Positions 63,391 through 64,000 of a DNA stretch of 64,000 nt are shown here, piece by piece (the stretch's first letter is position 1; every line of letters begins with the position of its first letter). A program made the translations under genes and the position numbers. This DNA is from Lama glama (Eukaryota). The notes beneath the pieces were generated by a model. It was not told the origin of the DNA and searched no databases. It saw nothing but the letters and a program-made list of their open reading frames with translations. The stretch is taken from the NCBI GenBank assembly GCA_028534125.1, contig CM052817.1, positions 20,896,001-20,960,000 of the forward strand, in the 5' to 3' direction.

Positions 63391-64000
63391 ACAGTGAAAC
63401 TCTTGGAACTCTGGAGCAATTTTCTACTTTGTTCCCATCAGTAATATTTCATGTTGCTCATGGTATTTTATTACATGTACACAATGTGCATTCAACAATG
63501 GCCTGCTAAATAACTATTAGAAATACACAATTTTATTAAAATTTAGAATCCATTTGAAACAGTATAGCAGGAATTGTGACCTTTTTTTTCCCTTTTGTTG
63601 AATTAGGAGGGAAGTTTTGAGATGTAGTTTGTTATTTAAAAATAGAGAAAGAGAAACGTGCCTTTTTTTGTTGTTGTTACTGGAATGGCATACTGGCAAT
63701 AATATTTAAGAGAAACATTATTCTATATTTGCCCAAATAAACTGATATTTCATTGCTTTTAATGTATTCTTTGGGAATAGTGATTTCACATGTCAGTGCC
63801 TAGCCTGGCTCATGTAACTATATATTGGAAACTATACGTTATAGAAAGTCATCCTCATATTCACAAGCATTGAGAAGTAGGAATCTTCTCTTTCTCTCTT
63901 TTTTTTCCTTCTTGACTGAAGCAGTCAGTAACACCCTGTATGACAAATATGCACTCAATTAAGATGATACAGAGAGACAAAATGACCAAAAAAGCAGTTA

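Noticed and set aside
1..64000. CRISPR arrays, operons, tRNA/rRNA genes and processed pseudogenes
   Set aside because: No regularly spaced repeat-spacer array, cloverleaf, rRNA-like or recognisable mRNA-derived sequence seen; the DNA is mammalian and repeat-rich

Overview
AT-rich, CpG-poor mammalian genomic DNA that looks intronic or intergenic. It has four fixed-size 500-N scaffold gaps (277-776, 18558-19057, 34322-34821, 51188-51687). I cannot support any protein-coding, tRNA or rRNA gene. The ORF track consists of chance ORFs, N-spanning ORFs and decayed L1 ORF2 fragments. Much of the window is interspersed repeat: young lineage-specific L1 3' ends, older L1MA/MB/MC/ME pieces, L2, MIR, many MaLR (MLT1) LTRs including one apparent two-LTR provirus, and hAT elements (MER5, MER20, MER58, MER63). 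The young L1 3' ends resemble camelid L1 families from memory, and I saw no Alu, B1, Can-SINE, PRE1, Bov-A/tA or CHR SINEs, so a camelid source is inferred but not proven. The best observations are a false gap inside a young TSD-flanked L1, an LTR-internal-LTR MLT1J-like provirus, a candidate small ATG-to-GTAAGT exon at 27.4-27.5 kb, a motif-dense candidate enhancer near 4 kb, a probable solo poly(A) L1 insertion and internally deleted L1s. I found no convincing previously undescribed biological system. Repeat family names come from recalled consensus motifs, and boundaries are approximate unless a TSD is quoted.
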